A stretch of DNA of 64,000 bases, taken from positions 5,890,001-5,954,000 of the forward strand of contig OZ234493.1 of assembly GCA_965153455.1 (NCBI GenBank), written 5' to 3'. The notes beneath the pieces were generated by a model. The model saw only the letters and a program-made list of their open reading frames with translations, ran no database searches and had not been told where the DNA came from. The translations under genes were made by a program, and so were the position numbers. The stretch is from Sphagnum compactum (lineage: Eukaryota). This document shows, one piece after another, positions 11,671 through 24,300 of the stretch. Each line of letters opens with the position of its first letter. Position 1 is the first letter of the stretch.

Positions 11671-12590
11671 ATGGTAGACTTAGTTATTGCAAGTTCTGTT
11701 TTGGATGTCACAACAAAAATTGCAACTAAATTACAACAATATCACAAAAGGTGGTATTGTGCTTTGAAAACATTTCAAAAGTTTGAGCATTTACATGCCA
11801 AGCTAGAGGACAAGAAAGATGCATGGGATGTTGCATTAATGGTTTATTCATTGTCTAACAATAAGTGTTTAAAGAGACCCTTGAAAAGCACTTATTGATT
11901 GTTGGATGAACAAAACCATAAGATGATTGAATTGTGAAACAATTGTTGGTTTGCATGGATGATCAAGGTTGAAACATTCCTTGAGAAATTGCTAAACCCC
12001 ATCCAAAAAATATTTGACACTTTTAAAGAGATCCCAAAATGGTCCAAGAAGAAAAAGTTCACAAAATCATACTTGGGAAAAAAAATTGGATAATCCACCT
12101 AATCCTTTGGGTTTTGATCATGATCCACAAGTTGTGGTGTAGGAACACATGGAAGCTAAAGTGAGAGAAATTCTTAAAAATTGAAAGCTTGGAAGTAAAG
12201 TTGTGATTATATGTGGAGAGGCTAGATCAAGGAAAACTTGCCTTGCAAAATCTATAGCATATAAATACAAATAGATGCAAAAGTCAGAATCCATGTCAAC
12301 CTAAGCAAATAATGTCAAGGAAATTAATTCAACATTCCAAGATGGGGTTGTATTTTTGACATTTGATGTTATTGCAACCAACAACAAAATGTTGTGTAAT
12401 GAGATTTTATGACATCTATTCGAATATTGTCTTAAAGGAGAAAAAGACACAAAATTTCAACAACAAGGCCTCTCATATACAAGTTATGTGCGACAATGTA
12501 ACTTTAAAAAACTACCAAAAAAATTGGTGAAACAAAATCTCCTCATTATTTTGGATGATGTACAAAACTTGAAAGTGATAAAAACTTCAA
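11671..12590 (+). pseudogene. Decayed NLR-like gene: helical CC/RPW8-like N-terminus plus N-terminal half of NB-ARC
   Basis: Degenerate P-loop VVIICGEARSRKTCLAKSIA (~12200-12260), RNBS-A-like FQDGVVFLTF (~12335-12365) and kinase-2 NLLIILDDVQ (~12536-12565) at NB-ARC-like spacing. The upstream MVDLVIASSVLDVTTKIATKLQQ looks helical. There are multiple stops and frameshifts, and no LRR is seen. Confidence 0.7.
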
Positions 12591-12739
12591 TTTTGTGATA
12601 AGGATGTGAAGTAGCATGTGAAATTTTTTGATGTTGATGTATCCTTGTGATTCATGAACAAGTGTTATATGTTGGTCAAGGTAGTGGGTTAGCTCCTTGT
12701 GTAAACATTTTTTAGACTTTTCACAATTGTCAATAACAT

Positions 12740-13830
12740 GAGGATCTATTGGATCATTTGCATTTTGGCCTTTGTGTATATCAATTGCTTATTGAAGATT
12801 CAATTTTCCACCTTCCCCTTTGTGAATGTGCATCTACATCTCAATCTAAAAATCACCTTGGTTGCATAGTAGGCTATGAAATATGCAGCAAAATATGAAG
12901 GCATTTGGTAAAAATGTCACACGTGCAAATTTGATTTCTTGAATAGCTCTTGAAACATTGTTTTCAAGATGCCAACAAAGTTTTCCACAACTAATATCCC
13001 ATGCTTATGCTTCTTGTTGTACAACAACTTTTATGTTACCCTTCTTCCTTGTAAGGTGTCATGATCTAAGAGATCGAGAAATAGCCTTTGTCCCCAAGTA
13101 AATATGGAGGAATAACTTCCATATGTTTTTGGGGATTGAATAAACCTTGATATTGAGCATGTTTGTAGAGTGTAGATTTCCTTAATATTCTGGAATTGGT
13201 GACACTACCAAGAAGGCCAACAAATAGCTTAGTAAATTGTTTCTTTGAATCAACAACAACTTGCACAATGATGTTGTAATCACCAAGGTCATGTGGTAGT
13301 AATACTATTCAACAAAGGAAATTAATTGAAGTTTTGTGATGGAAATGTGTGCTTTGTTGATGGCACCTTGTATAGAAGGTAAGCCACATTAGTTCTCAAA
13401 GTCCACCATCACCACATGCATTTTGTGTTCACTTGGCCAAGAAATCGAACTTTTGAATGCTTTGTTGATTGTGTAGACAACTTCATGAACAACACATAAC
13501 ACTCTTGATTTTCCCAAAGCAAATAATTTAGAACAAATTAAGATAGATACATTTTGTGCCAGCTTGTAAATGACACATGTCACCCACATTTCCATAGGAA
13601 TTGACTTGTATTTCATGTTTTGTTAACGATTTGAGCTTTGAACCTTTTGGCTATGTGAAACAATGTTACCTTTGTCATCTTATAATTTTTGACCTAGCAT
13701 TCATCATCATATTTGGTGAGCAAAAACATAGTGAACCAAGTTGTGGACCTTGGTTTCACCTAGTATCCTAATTACTAATTACTCAACAAATAATTCCAAA
13801 AGATTCTCTATTTTCCTTCAAAAAAGTTTG
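12740..13830 (-). mobile_element. Decayed PIF/Harbinger transposase (DDE_Tnp_4 type)
   Basis: ORF 13389..13616 (KSIPMEMWVTCVIYKLAQ...LFALGKSRV...ISWP) is the HTH region. ORF 13066..13266 (QVVVDSKKQFTKLFVGLLGSVTNSRILRKSTLY...YLLGDKGY) has the Harbinger catalytic motifs. VVENFVGILKT follows near 12990-12960. Confidence 0.85.
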
Positions 13831-14134
13831 GTCTTTGAAGAAATATTTAAAAACAATTTCAACATTGCTGAAAATTAAATAATTAGTGTGGAAGCTACCA
13901 ATGTAGAACATGTAATAAAGTGTGAGACTACTTAAATTTCAACAGTTGGGCCAATTACTATGGTTAGCCAATACAGGCAAAGTTTCCTTGTACTGGCTGT
14001 CTTGAAAAGCTTTTAATATCCCAGGGGCATATTTTTACATGAGGCCAAAACTGAGTCTCACACTATAAATAAACTAATATGTCATCATCCAAAATACACT
14101 GTACAGGCCAATTTACTGCTGTCGACACCGGCCG

Positions 14135-14362
14135 ATGCACTCAAATTATGTAATAGAACAGAGGTTGTACATGGATGTAAAATGTAGTGAACCTGGGCCA
14201 TTTTACGTCTGTGGGTGCAGATGCTGTGCTATAGTATTCAAATTATGTAACGGAACACATCTTGCACATGGATGTAAAATGTAGTGTACACAACATTTTA
14301 CTGCTGCGGGTGGAGATACTCTGGTCTACTCAAATTAGCTGCACATGGACGTAAAATGTGAT
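14135..14362. repeat. Three diverged direct repeats at ~95-100 bp spacing
   Basis: tcaaattatgtaa...catggatgtaaaatgtagtg occurs at ~14141 and ~14239, with a shorter copy tcaaattagctgcacatggacgtaaaatgtg at ~14330. Confidence 0.65.
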
Positions 14363-14954
14363 GCATGGAAAGCAAAAGACAACTCTCTGATGAGGATGAT
14401 TGATGATGATGATCATCCCCTGTGTACTCTGTAGCTAGGGACTGTGGTAAGAAGACCAGTTTCGTGCAAGAATCCAAGATCAACACAGTATGCAGGTCTA
14501 ACTAGTGCAAGCTCAAGATCTTCAAAACATGACAAAATTGAATAGAAAAAAATTCATAAAAAGTTTTCATAGGTCTCTCAAAACAGAGTTGCAGCAGTCT
14601 CATGTACAAAGTGATGCAAATTGGTGTTCCAAAATCATCAAGAGAAAAGTTCTAGACAATTGGAATGACAGAAAGTTTTACATTCAAGAAAACATTATGT
14701 ACCTATGTGTAAGCAGCTTCCAGTGCTTGAAGAAAATGTTCCCTAAATTGTAGTTCTCCACAATATCTAAGCTTGCAAGTTGTGCTGGGAGTAAGTGAAG
14801 GAAACTACTTCTTCAAGTAGTAAAGTTCTTCTTCAAGGACTCTTGTGTACTAGTAGTAGTCATGAGATCTATTGATCACCTGCATGGCTTGGTCCTTACA
14901 GTGTATACTAGTGCACCAGCTCTAGAGCATGAAATCTGCACCTTCATGAGCTAA

Positions 14955-16310
14955 TTGTTGTTTGTGAATGGCAAGGCTTGAGGCGGGGCTCTATATAGGA
15001 CCACCTCTATATAGCACCACCACGGACTCGCTGTTCCATGTGGAGCTCACAGTTTGCAGACCATGTGGTTGGCAGCCTTTGCTGCCTTCGCAGCCCTGAT
15101 GTAATTGAAGCCTCCATCGCTGCTGCTGAGAAGCTGAAGCCGTTGCTGCCGCAGGTGGAGGGATAGCTCCCGTCCTCGAGTACTCATCAGAGGAGATGGA
15201 TGCGCTGCCACTGATGATGATGATCCGGTGGATGATTCACAATCACTCTGCACATGAGTAGTTTGCAATCTTGGTAGGGACCAGCCGCGTGTACCTGATC
15301 TCATGTTTGGGTCGGGAATTCTTTTCAGCAAGGAAAGACAGTTGTCTGCGTCCTCGTTCACAGCGGAGCCATACAAAACGAAGTCCATGTGATTCAGTGT
15401 TTCCAGGCAAAACTTCCTTCGTATGTGGGACCCTGTAATGCGGTCGTGCTTCTTTAGAATCTTCAGAAATGCTACAAACACCCATGATGGACAATCAATC
15501 AATCAGGCAGCATTGATGAAGTGCTAATATGAAGTTCTTAATGAAGCTAGAAGAAAGATTTAGTTCTTCGCTAGACTTCTTCTTCATGGGAAAAGAAAGC
15601 ATCATTCATATTGCAGCAAGCTGGTCATGCATGATCGGTAGCTAGCTAGCTCTCGGCATGGGCACCAGCTTAAGCGTTCTGGAGCAAGCAGCAGAGCTAA
15701 TTACCTGAGTGATTCAGATAGCAGAAGTTTGCAAGAAGTTCCATCTTCGCAGCAAGGTTCCGCAGGCATCGCCTGATCTCCAACAGGTCGATTTCGATCC
15801 AGAGTCCTTCTTGGTGCACACACGCTGTGAACGAGGACGCAGAGTACTGTCTTTCCTTGCTGAAAAGAATTCCCGACCCAAACATGAGATCAGGTACACG
15901 TGGCTGGTCCCTACCAAGATTGCAAACTACTCATGTGCAGAGTGATTGTGAATCATCCACCGGATCATCATCATCAGCTGCAGCGCATCCATCTCCTCTG
16001 ATGAGTACTCGAGGACGGGAGCTATCCCTCCACCTGCAGCAGCAACGGCTTCAGCTTCTCAGCAGCAGCGATGGAGGCTTCAATTACATCAGGGCTGCGA
16101 AGGCAGCAAAGGCTGCCAACCACATGGTCTGCAACACTGTGAGCTCCACATGGAACAGCGAGTCCGTGGTGGTGCTATATAGAGCCCCGCCTCAAGCCTT
16201 GCCATTCACAAACAACAACAACAATCATGATGATCATCATGGGTGTTTGTAGCATTTCTGAAGATTTTAAAGAAGCACGATCGCATTACGGGGTCCCACA
16301 TATGACGGAG
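14955..16310. repeat. Gene-derived inverted duplication: 14955-15365 versus 15823-16218, plus 15415-15489 versus 16235-16310
   Basis: ORFs 15047..15502(-) and 15827..16252(+) encode almost the same peptide (NEDA..CLSLLKRIPDPNMRSG...AANHMVC). The DNA arms are reverse complements with a few substitutions, a 1-nt indel and a 16-nt indel. Confidence 0.95.
15047..15821 (-). pseudogene. SPX-domain gene fragment lacking its N-terminus: exon ~15821-15705, intron 15704-15472, exon 15471-15047
   Basis: Splicing at GT (15704) and AG (15472) gives ...LRNLAAKMELLANFCYLNHS-AFLKILKKHDRITG..., the SPX C-terminal signature (LNxxAFxKILKKxDKxT lysine cluster). No MKFGK...YKxLKK N-terminal segment is visible upstream. 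Confidence 0.78.
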
Positions 16311-16571
16311 ACCCGCCAGCCTCGGGACTTGCGAGCGCTCCAGAGGAGAGGGGGTCAGGAACAACCGCTCTCGTCGGCACGGGATGGCCTGGAGCTCCCG
16401 GGGACTGTGGTGCCCGAGACACGTCAAGTCGAAGGGCTTGCAGCGGAAGCGCTGTCAGGGTCACCGGCTGGTGTGTGAGTCCGCACACCAGCCGGGCTTG
16501 CAGGGTTAACCAGCACTCGTCCGGCGACGCATGCAGGATGGTGGATGGATCATGGTTTATGGATAGAAAAC

Positions 16572-17397
16572 CATTTTTCAGTGATATTCCAGTCTCATAG
16601 CTGATCAAGCCTGGTGTGATTACCTATGTTCTATTTAATCATCCACAATGCCCATCCGCTTAGCTTCATCATGTCGTTTACTTACCTTCTAATACTAGGT
16701 GCCCAGTGCCTTACCCACCTGTCTAGACAATTTAACCACTTACATTTCCTACTATGCCCTACTCACTTCCATACGGGTACACTTGCACTTACATACCTAG
16801 TTACCTAGGTAGGGTGAACTGGCCTTGGATGAACCAGCACCCACGTTGGTACCATGGTAAAATTCCCAAATTATGTTTAGATTATTTCTAAATTCTAGAA
16901 ATATCCCATGGTTAGACTAAATCAGAGCTCAAATCTGACGTTTTTTGGGCTTAGTAAGGCCACTATGTGGCCTCACCTCAAAAAGATGAAGGTGCCAATC
17001 GTAGGTGTAAGTATGAGAGTTTTACACGAGAAAGTACCAAGTGGATAGCTCGGTCCTTGTTGTTTTACCTGATCCATAGTTGATTGAGTCTTAACAAGTT
17101 TCCAATGGATGGTGCAGTGCGTTCTTGAGTCACAGCTAAGTGCCCTGGTAAGGGTGAATCACCTCTGTAACCTTTCCAGTAAACCCTCGGGTTACTACCC
17201 CCTCACATTACCTATGTACCTATGTGAGTGGGTAAGTCCATGTACAAAAGTATGTCTAAAGGAATGTGAGTGGTTACTCCGTAAGTAGGTATGTAGTTAA
17301 AGCACTTGTGGCTATTAGGCAAGTAAACACATGTGGATGGTTAATATGGAGTTAACCACAATGGTTGGCGATGTGACAGGAGTACAATGAAAAAATT
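16572..17397. mobile_element. Degenerate non-autonomous TIR element (MITE-like), with related ends elsewhere in the window
   Basis: The left end catttttcagtgatattccagtctcatagc...taatcatccaca resembles the reverse complement of the right end (tttttcattgtactcctgtcacatcgccaacc...ttaaccatccaca). Similar ends occur at ~28413 and ~55550-55627. Confidence 0.5.
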
Positions 17398-20300
17398 GCC
17401 TCCTCATTTTTGCACCTCTAATCCACTAATGCTACAATGATCACAATTCAATTCCACATTAGTTACCCATGAGAACCTTTTTAGTTAGTGTAATAGGTTA
17501 TGATTTATCTTGATGAGGTTTAGTAGAGTTTAGTTGGTGTATGAGATTATTGGCTACGTACCATGGTTATAGGTCCTAGCCAAATCTTATATGACTGGTT
17601 TAACACTACCCCACTCCCACCCACCCCCTCTCCGTGAGAGCCCCCCTCCCTCAGCCTTGGTTTCTTTAGCAAGTGAATAGGACATGTAATTATGATACTT
17701 GCAATTGGATTTTGGGTATTGGCTTCAGAACTGTGTTCAAGAGCAAATGACAGACAAATGCAGGGACTAAGTTTTTTTTCCCCAATTTTGTGATATAAGA
17801 AAATTGGAAAATAGTTCAATAAAATTGCAAAGTTAGTCGAATTTACAAGGTAGAAAAAAAAAGGCCGCATTCTTTTTTGTTGAAAATAACAAAACTTGTT
17901 TAAAGAAAACATTGACATGAACCTGACATTGCCATCTATGGGATTCTAGATGAAAATAAGCTTTCAACATAGATGGCAATGAGTTAGCAGTAGGTGTTTT
18001 TTGTTGAAAGCTTAGTTTAGTCTAAAATTGGCAATGGCCCCATTTCAAGTAGATAAGCTGCTTTCCACTATGTCTGCCAAAAATAAAGTTGCTTAAAGGC
18101 CCAAAACAGAGAAAACAATTGCATGGAGTTGGCACATGACATTGCCATCTATGACATTATTGTTGAAAGCTTAGTTTCATCTAGAATTGGCAATATCATT
18201 GCCTTTTTGCTTTAGCCCTTTCCCTTCAAGGAGATCAGTTGCTTTCAAATGTCTTTGCCAAAAATAAAGGCTAAGAGCAAAAGGAAACAAAGAGACTACA
18301 AGCATATCGTGAAATGAAAATGACTGTTAAAACTGTGAATAAAGTTGCACTTCATTAATTGTCTAGAGTGATATATAGAGCTACATAGCAGCCTTTTGTT
18401 CTGGTATTGTTGCAAAAATTTGGGAAAATTAGATCACAAAATCGATGATTTTCGAAAAATGTCTAGTCGAAAAAACAAACCAAAATAAACATATGTTTTA
18501 ATATGCATTTAAGTACATTTTTTTGACATGCAAGTATAGAAAGTACATGTCATAGTTCTACAAAATTGAGTTACGAGTACATGATTTAGTAAAACATCAA
18601 TTAAAATTATTATACTTTCAAGTGGCCTAGTGTGTATGGATATAGTTTCAACTTTTCATATTCTAGTCATGATCTATCAAAGTTTTAATGTAAAAATATT
18701 TTGAAAATTTTGAACAACCAACCAATTTAGAACATATTTTTCATCCATTTTTTTGTATAAATATTTCTCAAACTTTATGTACAACTTACAATAAACTCAA
18801 TGAAATGTTTTATGGTTTCAAAATGTAATTTAAATAGTTTTTTAATATCTTTTTTAATGTCAATGTTGAAAAGAGATTGTTTTTGAAATTATTTTTTTTA
18901 GAATTATTTTTTTTGCATACATTGTCATGCTTGGACCCGTTAGCCTATTTTTAAAAAGAAAAGGATTTTCATGAAGTTGGCTTACCAATGTGGACTTGAA
19001 GATCTTATTCCCTTCATATTCCACAAAGGTTGATTACATTTTTAATACACCCACCATCAACTAAAAATTGGTTTTCAATTTCATTTAGCATATTTGAAAT
19101 TGCATCTTGTGTTTCTAATTATATGATGGCCACATCACCCAACTCATCAGTAATTAAATCAACCTCCACATGCGTAACACTAGGTGGTGGAACATGTTCT
19201 AGTTTTTCATCAAAACAATTTCAAAACACTTCACAATCACCATCTTCACTAGCAATGGCTCTTTTGAAAGGAACATAAACAAGATGTTTAATATCATAGT
19301 TTTCCACCTTCCCTGGTTCAGTGAACCATGAATCATGACCTCATGTAATGGGAATGCCCTTCATGTTCAACATGGTTAACATATTTTGAGCTTTCTGAAA
19401 TCCATCTATTAGTGCATGAATTACATCATCGTTGGACATTATTAGTTTGTAATCAACCAAATCAACAATAGATTCACCTTCTTTCAAAGGATGCAAATCG
19501 GCCTTAACATCCTAAATTGACCTTAAAACCCTAAAAGGATGGTTACCTACTAAAAAAAAAAAGTCTAAACATATATTTTTGGCCTACCTAAATGTCATAA
19601 AACCAACATTAATTTAATGTATTGACACATTACTTAACAACTAATTGAACTTATTAACATTTAATACCCTAAATGCACATATTTTATTTTTTAAAAATCC
19701 AATATAAAAAACTTACACATACCTTATATTAGTTGTAATTTTATAAAAAATATATAAACGACCTTAATAAACTTATGATATTTATCCCACAACTAATATA
19801 TTGCACCTTATATTTTTATTCACGTGTTTTCTAATTTTTATGAATAGTGTCCCCCCTTGGGGTAAGGTTCACCAACATAAAAGACCTTTTTTAACTTTGT
19901 AAAATGGTAACTAACTTATTTAAACATTTGTGCAAATATTTGAGTTCAAATTGAAAAATGTCTTTCACAATGTGGTTTATCCTAAGTGATTTTAGCGTAG
20001 CTTGTTTGTAGTTCAAAGTGATGGTTCCATGTGCAATGCTTGCAACATTCATAGGCATGGACTGCTTCAATTTTAAATAGTCTATTGGTTACCCTTCTAT
20101 TAGTTGATATGCTAGTTGTGGAGAATGATACACCCCTTGAAGTTAAATCATTTTCACCAACAATTTTACCTTGCATGGAAACCAATTCTTGTAAATATTG
20201 GAAACTCATGTGTTCATGTGCACACCTATACAATTTTGTGAAGATTTTTCATTTTTAAAAACAAGTTTGGTGTCTAATTTTTTAATTATTATTGGTAAGT

Positions 20301-20799
20301 GATGCCAATGATGATGCTTGCAATTGTGGGCTCATGTATGCTACAAATAATTGCCTTTATTAATATGTATTTCTCTTTATTTATTTTTTGTGTTGATCCT
20401 ACTCTTGGATATAAATGTTTTCTCCACTCAACCCTTTTGTGAAGTTTTATCAAATGGCTTTTTTAGAGTTCAAGTTGGTCTAGGGAAAAAAAATGTCATT
20501 CATTAGAAAAAATGTTTGTGAAAAACATGGAAGTTGATAGTCATGTATGAAAGTCATCCCCCCTCATGTTTGAAGTTAACATGAAAATGGATGTTAACTT
20601 GTGAATGATAGCACCATTATATAGATGTTAACTTCAAATGATAGACCATTTGGGATCCTCTTTAGTTCCATCCTACTAGACTTTTGCTACTTACCTTTTT
20701 GCATTTTTCATAGGTGCAGTACAAACATTTTTATTTGTAAGTACTTTTCAAAGCAACTAGCTTGTAAGCAAGATGTGAGATAAAGGACTTATATGTTTA

Positions 20800-21328
20800 T
20801 ATATATGTTTAACCAACCAATTCCTAGCAAGTTATTAGATGGACATTATGGGGTAATGTACTTTAAGTATTGGCTTCAATATGATGTCAAGGAAAATTTT
20901 CAGAGGCATTTCACTCTTCTAAAAAAACATTATTGTTATTAATGGCAATTAAACATGGATTGCCATTTATTGTTTCCTTGACCGCCCTTGAACTCCAATG
21001 TAGCATCTTCAAATGCACCATAAAACAAATGTTGTTTCTACCATAGAAACACCAATCCTTATGAATTCTTTCACTAGATTATGGATACTGTTTTCAACCT
21101 CTAAGGTGTTGAAGCATTTTGTTAAAATATTTTAAACTTGCAAAAAATGTTAGAGTCCAAGTGTTGGGGAGCATTGAGAATGAACAAACATTTTCAACTT
21201 TGTCTTTCATGAAGTCCAAATTACAAAATAGATTCAATGAACATCTCCCCGTGGTGGTCAACATGTATTTTCAGACATTCTTTACTTTAGAAAACTTTTT
21301 GTATGATGTGACCTTTGAAGAGTGCTAG
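20800..21328 (+). mobile_element. hAT transposase C-terminal (dimerisation domain) relic
   Basis: YFKLAKNVRVQVLGSIENEQTFSTLSFMKSKLQNRFNEHL matches the hAT S..ER.FS.L...K...RNRL motif. Decayed upstream segments (MGVMYFKYWLQ..VKENFQRHF) are collinear. Confidence 0.8.
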
Positions 21329-24300
21329 AAGACAAAGAGTAGGAGGACAAAGTTTAATGGGGCACCAAATGCCTGTTTTTTTTCCTCATGTTTTTTTGCA
21401 AAGGAACTTGTATTTTTTACTTTTAGTCTTTTTTCTTTTTTTTTGGAAAGATTAATTCAATTTTTGGATAAAGTTCTTTACGTGACTCTCTGGAAACAAT
21501 ACATGAAATAACAAAATTTTGAAATTAAATACCAACTTTTGTGCATCGCCAAAAAATTGTAAATGCATGGGCAATGTTGCCATGTTTTGATTTTTCATTA
21601 ACTAGATTTCACAAACTATTGTTAAAACAAAATTGAAAAATTTGTCAACTCTTAATGAAATTGATTTGTTACTTGTAGCCAAATCCCAACTTAGTTAGCT
21701 TATGCATAGCCAAAGGTCTTATGCTTTTGCACTTGTAATGTCACAAAAAATGCAACAAAATTACCTTGATCATAGCCAGTTGTTCGAAATTCTAGATTTC
21801 CTAAAAAATAAGTTTATATCTAATGTGTAAAATAAGGCTTAAGAGGTAGGTCCTTGGTAGAAATGAAATTTAAATTCCTGTCGAATATTTCACACTATTG
21901 TAACAACATATTTGCATTTCACATGCATATGTTGATTATTTATGTTTTAAGTATCAACAAACTTAACACTACCATTCATTCCAGCATAGATTCATGGTTA
22001 TTACATATAACCAGAATCTACACTTCAGAATATAGTGTAAAAAAAAACTCCAAAAACAAGATTACAATTCATTTCATCATAATCTAACACTACAGAGAAT
22101 TCACACAAAAGATGAACATAAAATTCATTGTAGAAGTTTGTGCTTCTCTGTAATACTAAAAACATGAATCCAAATTACAACATAATCCCATGTTTTGTTG
22201 AAAAAAATCCAAAACTACACTTAAAATTTGTGCCATATCAAAACAAAGTATGTGGTTTTCTACTTCAAGTACCTCCAGCTCCTCCAACTCTTCTTTAAAA
22301 CTTTGTGTTTCATCTTCTCCTCTTTCTCCTATTCTCTAGAACTCTCCCTTTTTGAACTATCCCAAGTCACTTCATCATAATCCAAACAACAAGAATTCAA
22401 AATTCAAACTAACAAAATTCCTTAGTCAATCCCTATCCTAATTGCTTTGTTCATCCAAAATCACATACTCATCCTACCCCCTTAACAGTCATTTTGGAAA
22501 TAAATGCCCATTACTCAAAGTAATAGTTGAAGGCAAGATCACATTTCAAGAAGGCCTCACTCCAAGTGATTTAAGGATTGTAAAGTTCAAACTCCAAGAT
22601 TCATAATATATTAAAGGCCAATGTAGCAAATCCAAGTGTGTGGATTTAAGTGCCCTTTAGGCTTGCTAAATGGTATGAATGGTATTTTGCAATAAAATAC
22701 ATGTAATGAAAACTTCATAAAGCTTGAATGTGTTGTTTGAATCCTCATGATTATATTCAAGTAATAAAACGTTGGAAACACATCAACAACATATTGTTTT
22801 GTTAGTACAAGATCTTAAACCTCCTCACATGTACACAAAAGAAAAATTTGAAAGGTGTTTGGTTTCTTTGAACCCAACTCAAAATTAAAATTATCTTAAA
22901 ATAAAGACAAACAAAACTCTTGAAAGAGGCACTACTCTCTTATGTATCTACTTCCATAGCTTTCCATGGGCACTACTTTTGTGCATATATACTTACAAAG
23001 GTGCCCATGTGAACTAAAATCGCATTCTTAAAGGAATCCTTATTCAAGTTTGGATACTTGGCATTCCAAAAAATTCAAATGCACATAATTTTTAGGTAAT
23101 GCATTGCACATGCAAAGCTAATATCTTATCTTCTTTTGAGATATTTAAAAAACATCAAACATTACATCATTCAAATAAGGAATGTGTTATAGAAGTCTCT
23201 CCATTTTTTGTAACGACTCATTTTAATCAGTTAGTTAGTCTAGTGAAACTTCACATGATTTGTAGAAACATGTCTATTCATTATCTCAAGGACATACCTC
23301 TTAAGATATAGACATACCTCTTGGACCACCTAGGTGCCTCTTTCTTGGACATAAATACTCTTGAAAACTTATTCAATATAAGTGAATACTTCTTTCGACC
23401 TTTGATTTGGTCCTTGGTCCAAAGTCATGTCCTTTAACTTTGGTTGTAAACCCAATTCAAAGGTTCCAACATAAGTGTGGACCAAAATGTTGTAATAGTT
23501 GAGCATCAAATGTTTATATTAGTGGAACGTGACCTTCAACTACCAAACTCACAATTTGACATACAAACATATTGCCAAGTATGATGGGGGATCATCAATT
23601 CTACAATTGATAGATTGTATCATACATGTCAATATGTTATGTATATATAATTGTATGATGAATACTTAAAATATCTAGTATAGATATTTTAGTAGTATGT
23701 ATTTCTTTATTTTTATGTCAATTGAAGCTAATGAACTTTGAACATTAATGGGAATCTTTGTCCCATTTGTTGACATCTGAAATTCAATTGGTATTTTCTT
23801 GGTGCAAGATTCATGCAACCAAAATTATCATCAATATTCATTACTTCTGACAATTACCCGCCTAATCACATATTCTTAAGTAATTCACCCATGGTATACG
23901 AATCACATGTGATTTTTTTCATAAATGGATGGATCATCAAATAACGATTGAATTAACATGATTTAACTAAAGGGGCATGTTGAGAAAATTCGTTCCCAAA
24001 AAGTGAATACAAACTTATTCCTGCAACATCCAAAAAAGAAAAAGATTAAAGCATCTTCAAGTGTTAACTAGTACCCATACTAGACATCCCTATAGACAAT
24101 GTGGGTGTATCATATATATACATCATGTACATGGTATGTATGTAGCCAACAAAACATACCCACTTTTCCACATAAAGTAACATAAGTATTTCTTTGTTTG
24201 ATTTTCAAATGTGGCATCCAAAAATGTAATGTAGAAGGCTAGCACAAACTATTCCACAGATGTGGTACTCTTGCTTTCCAAAGATTTCTTTCCAGTTTTG

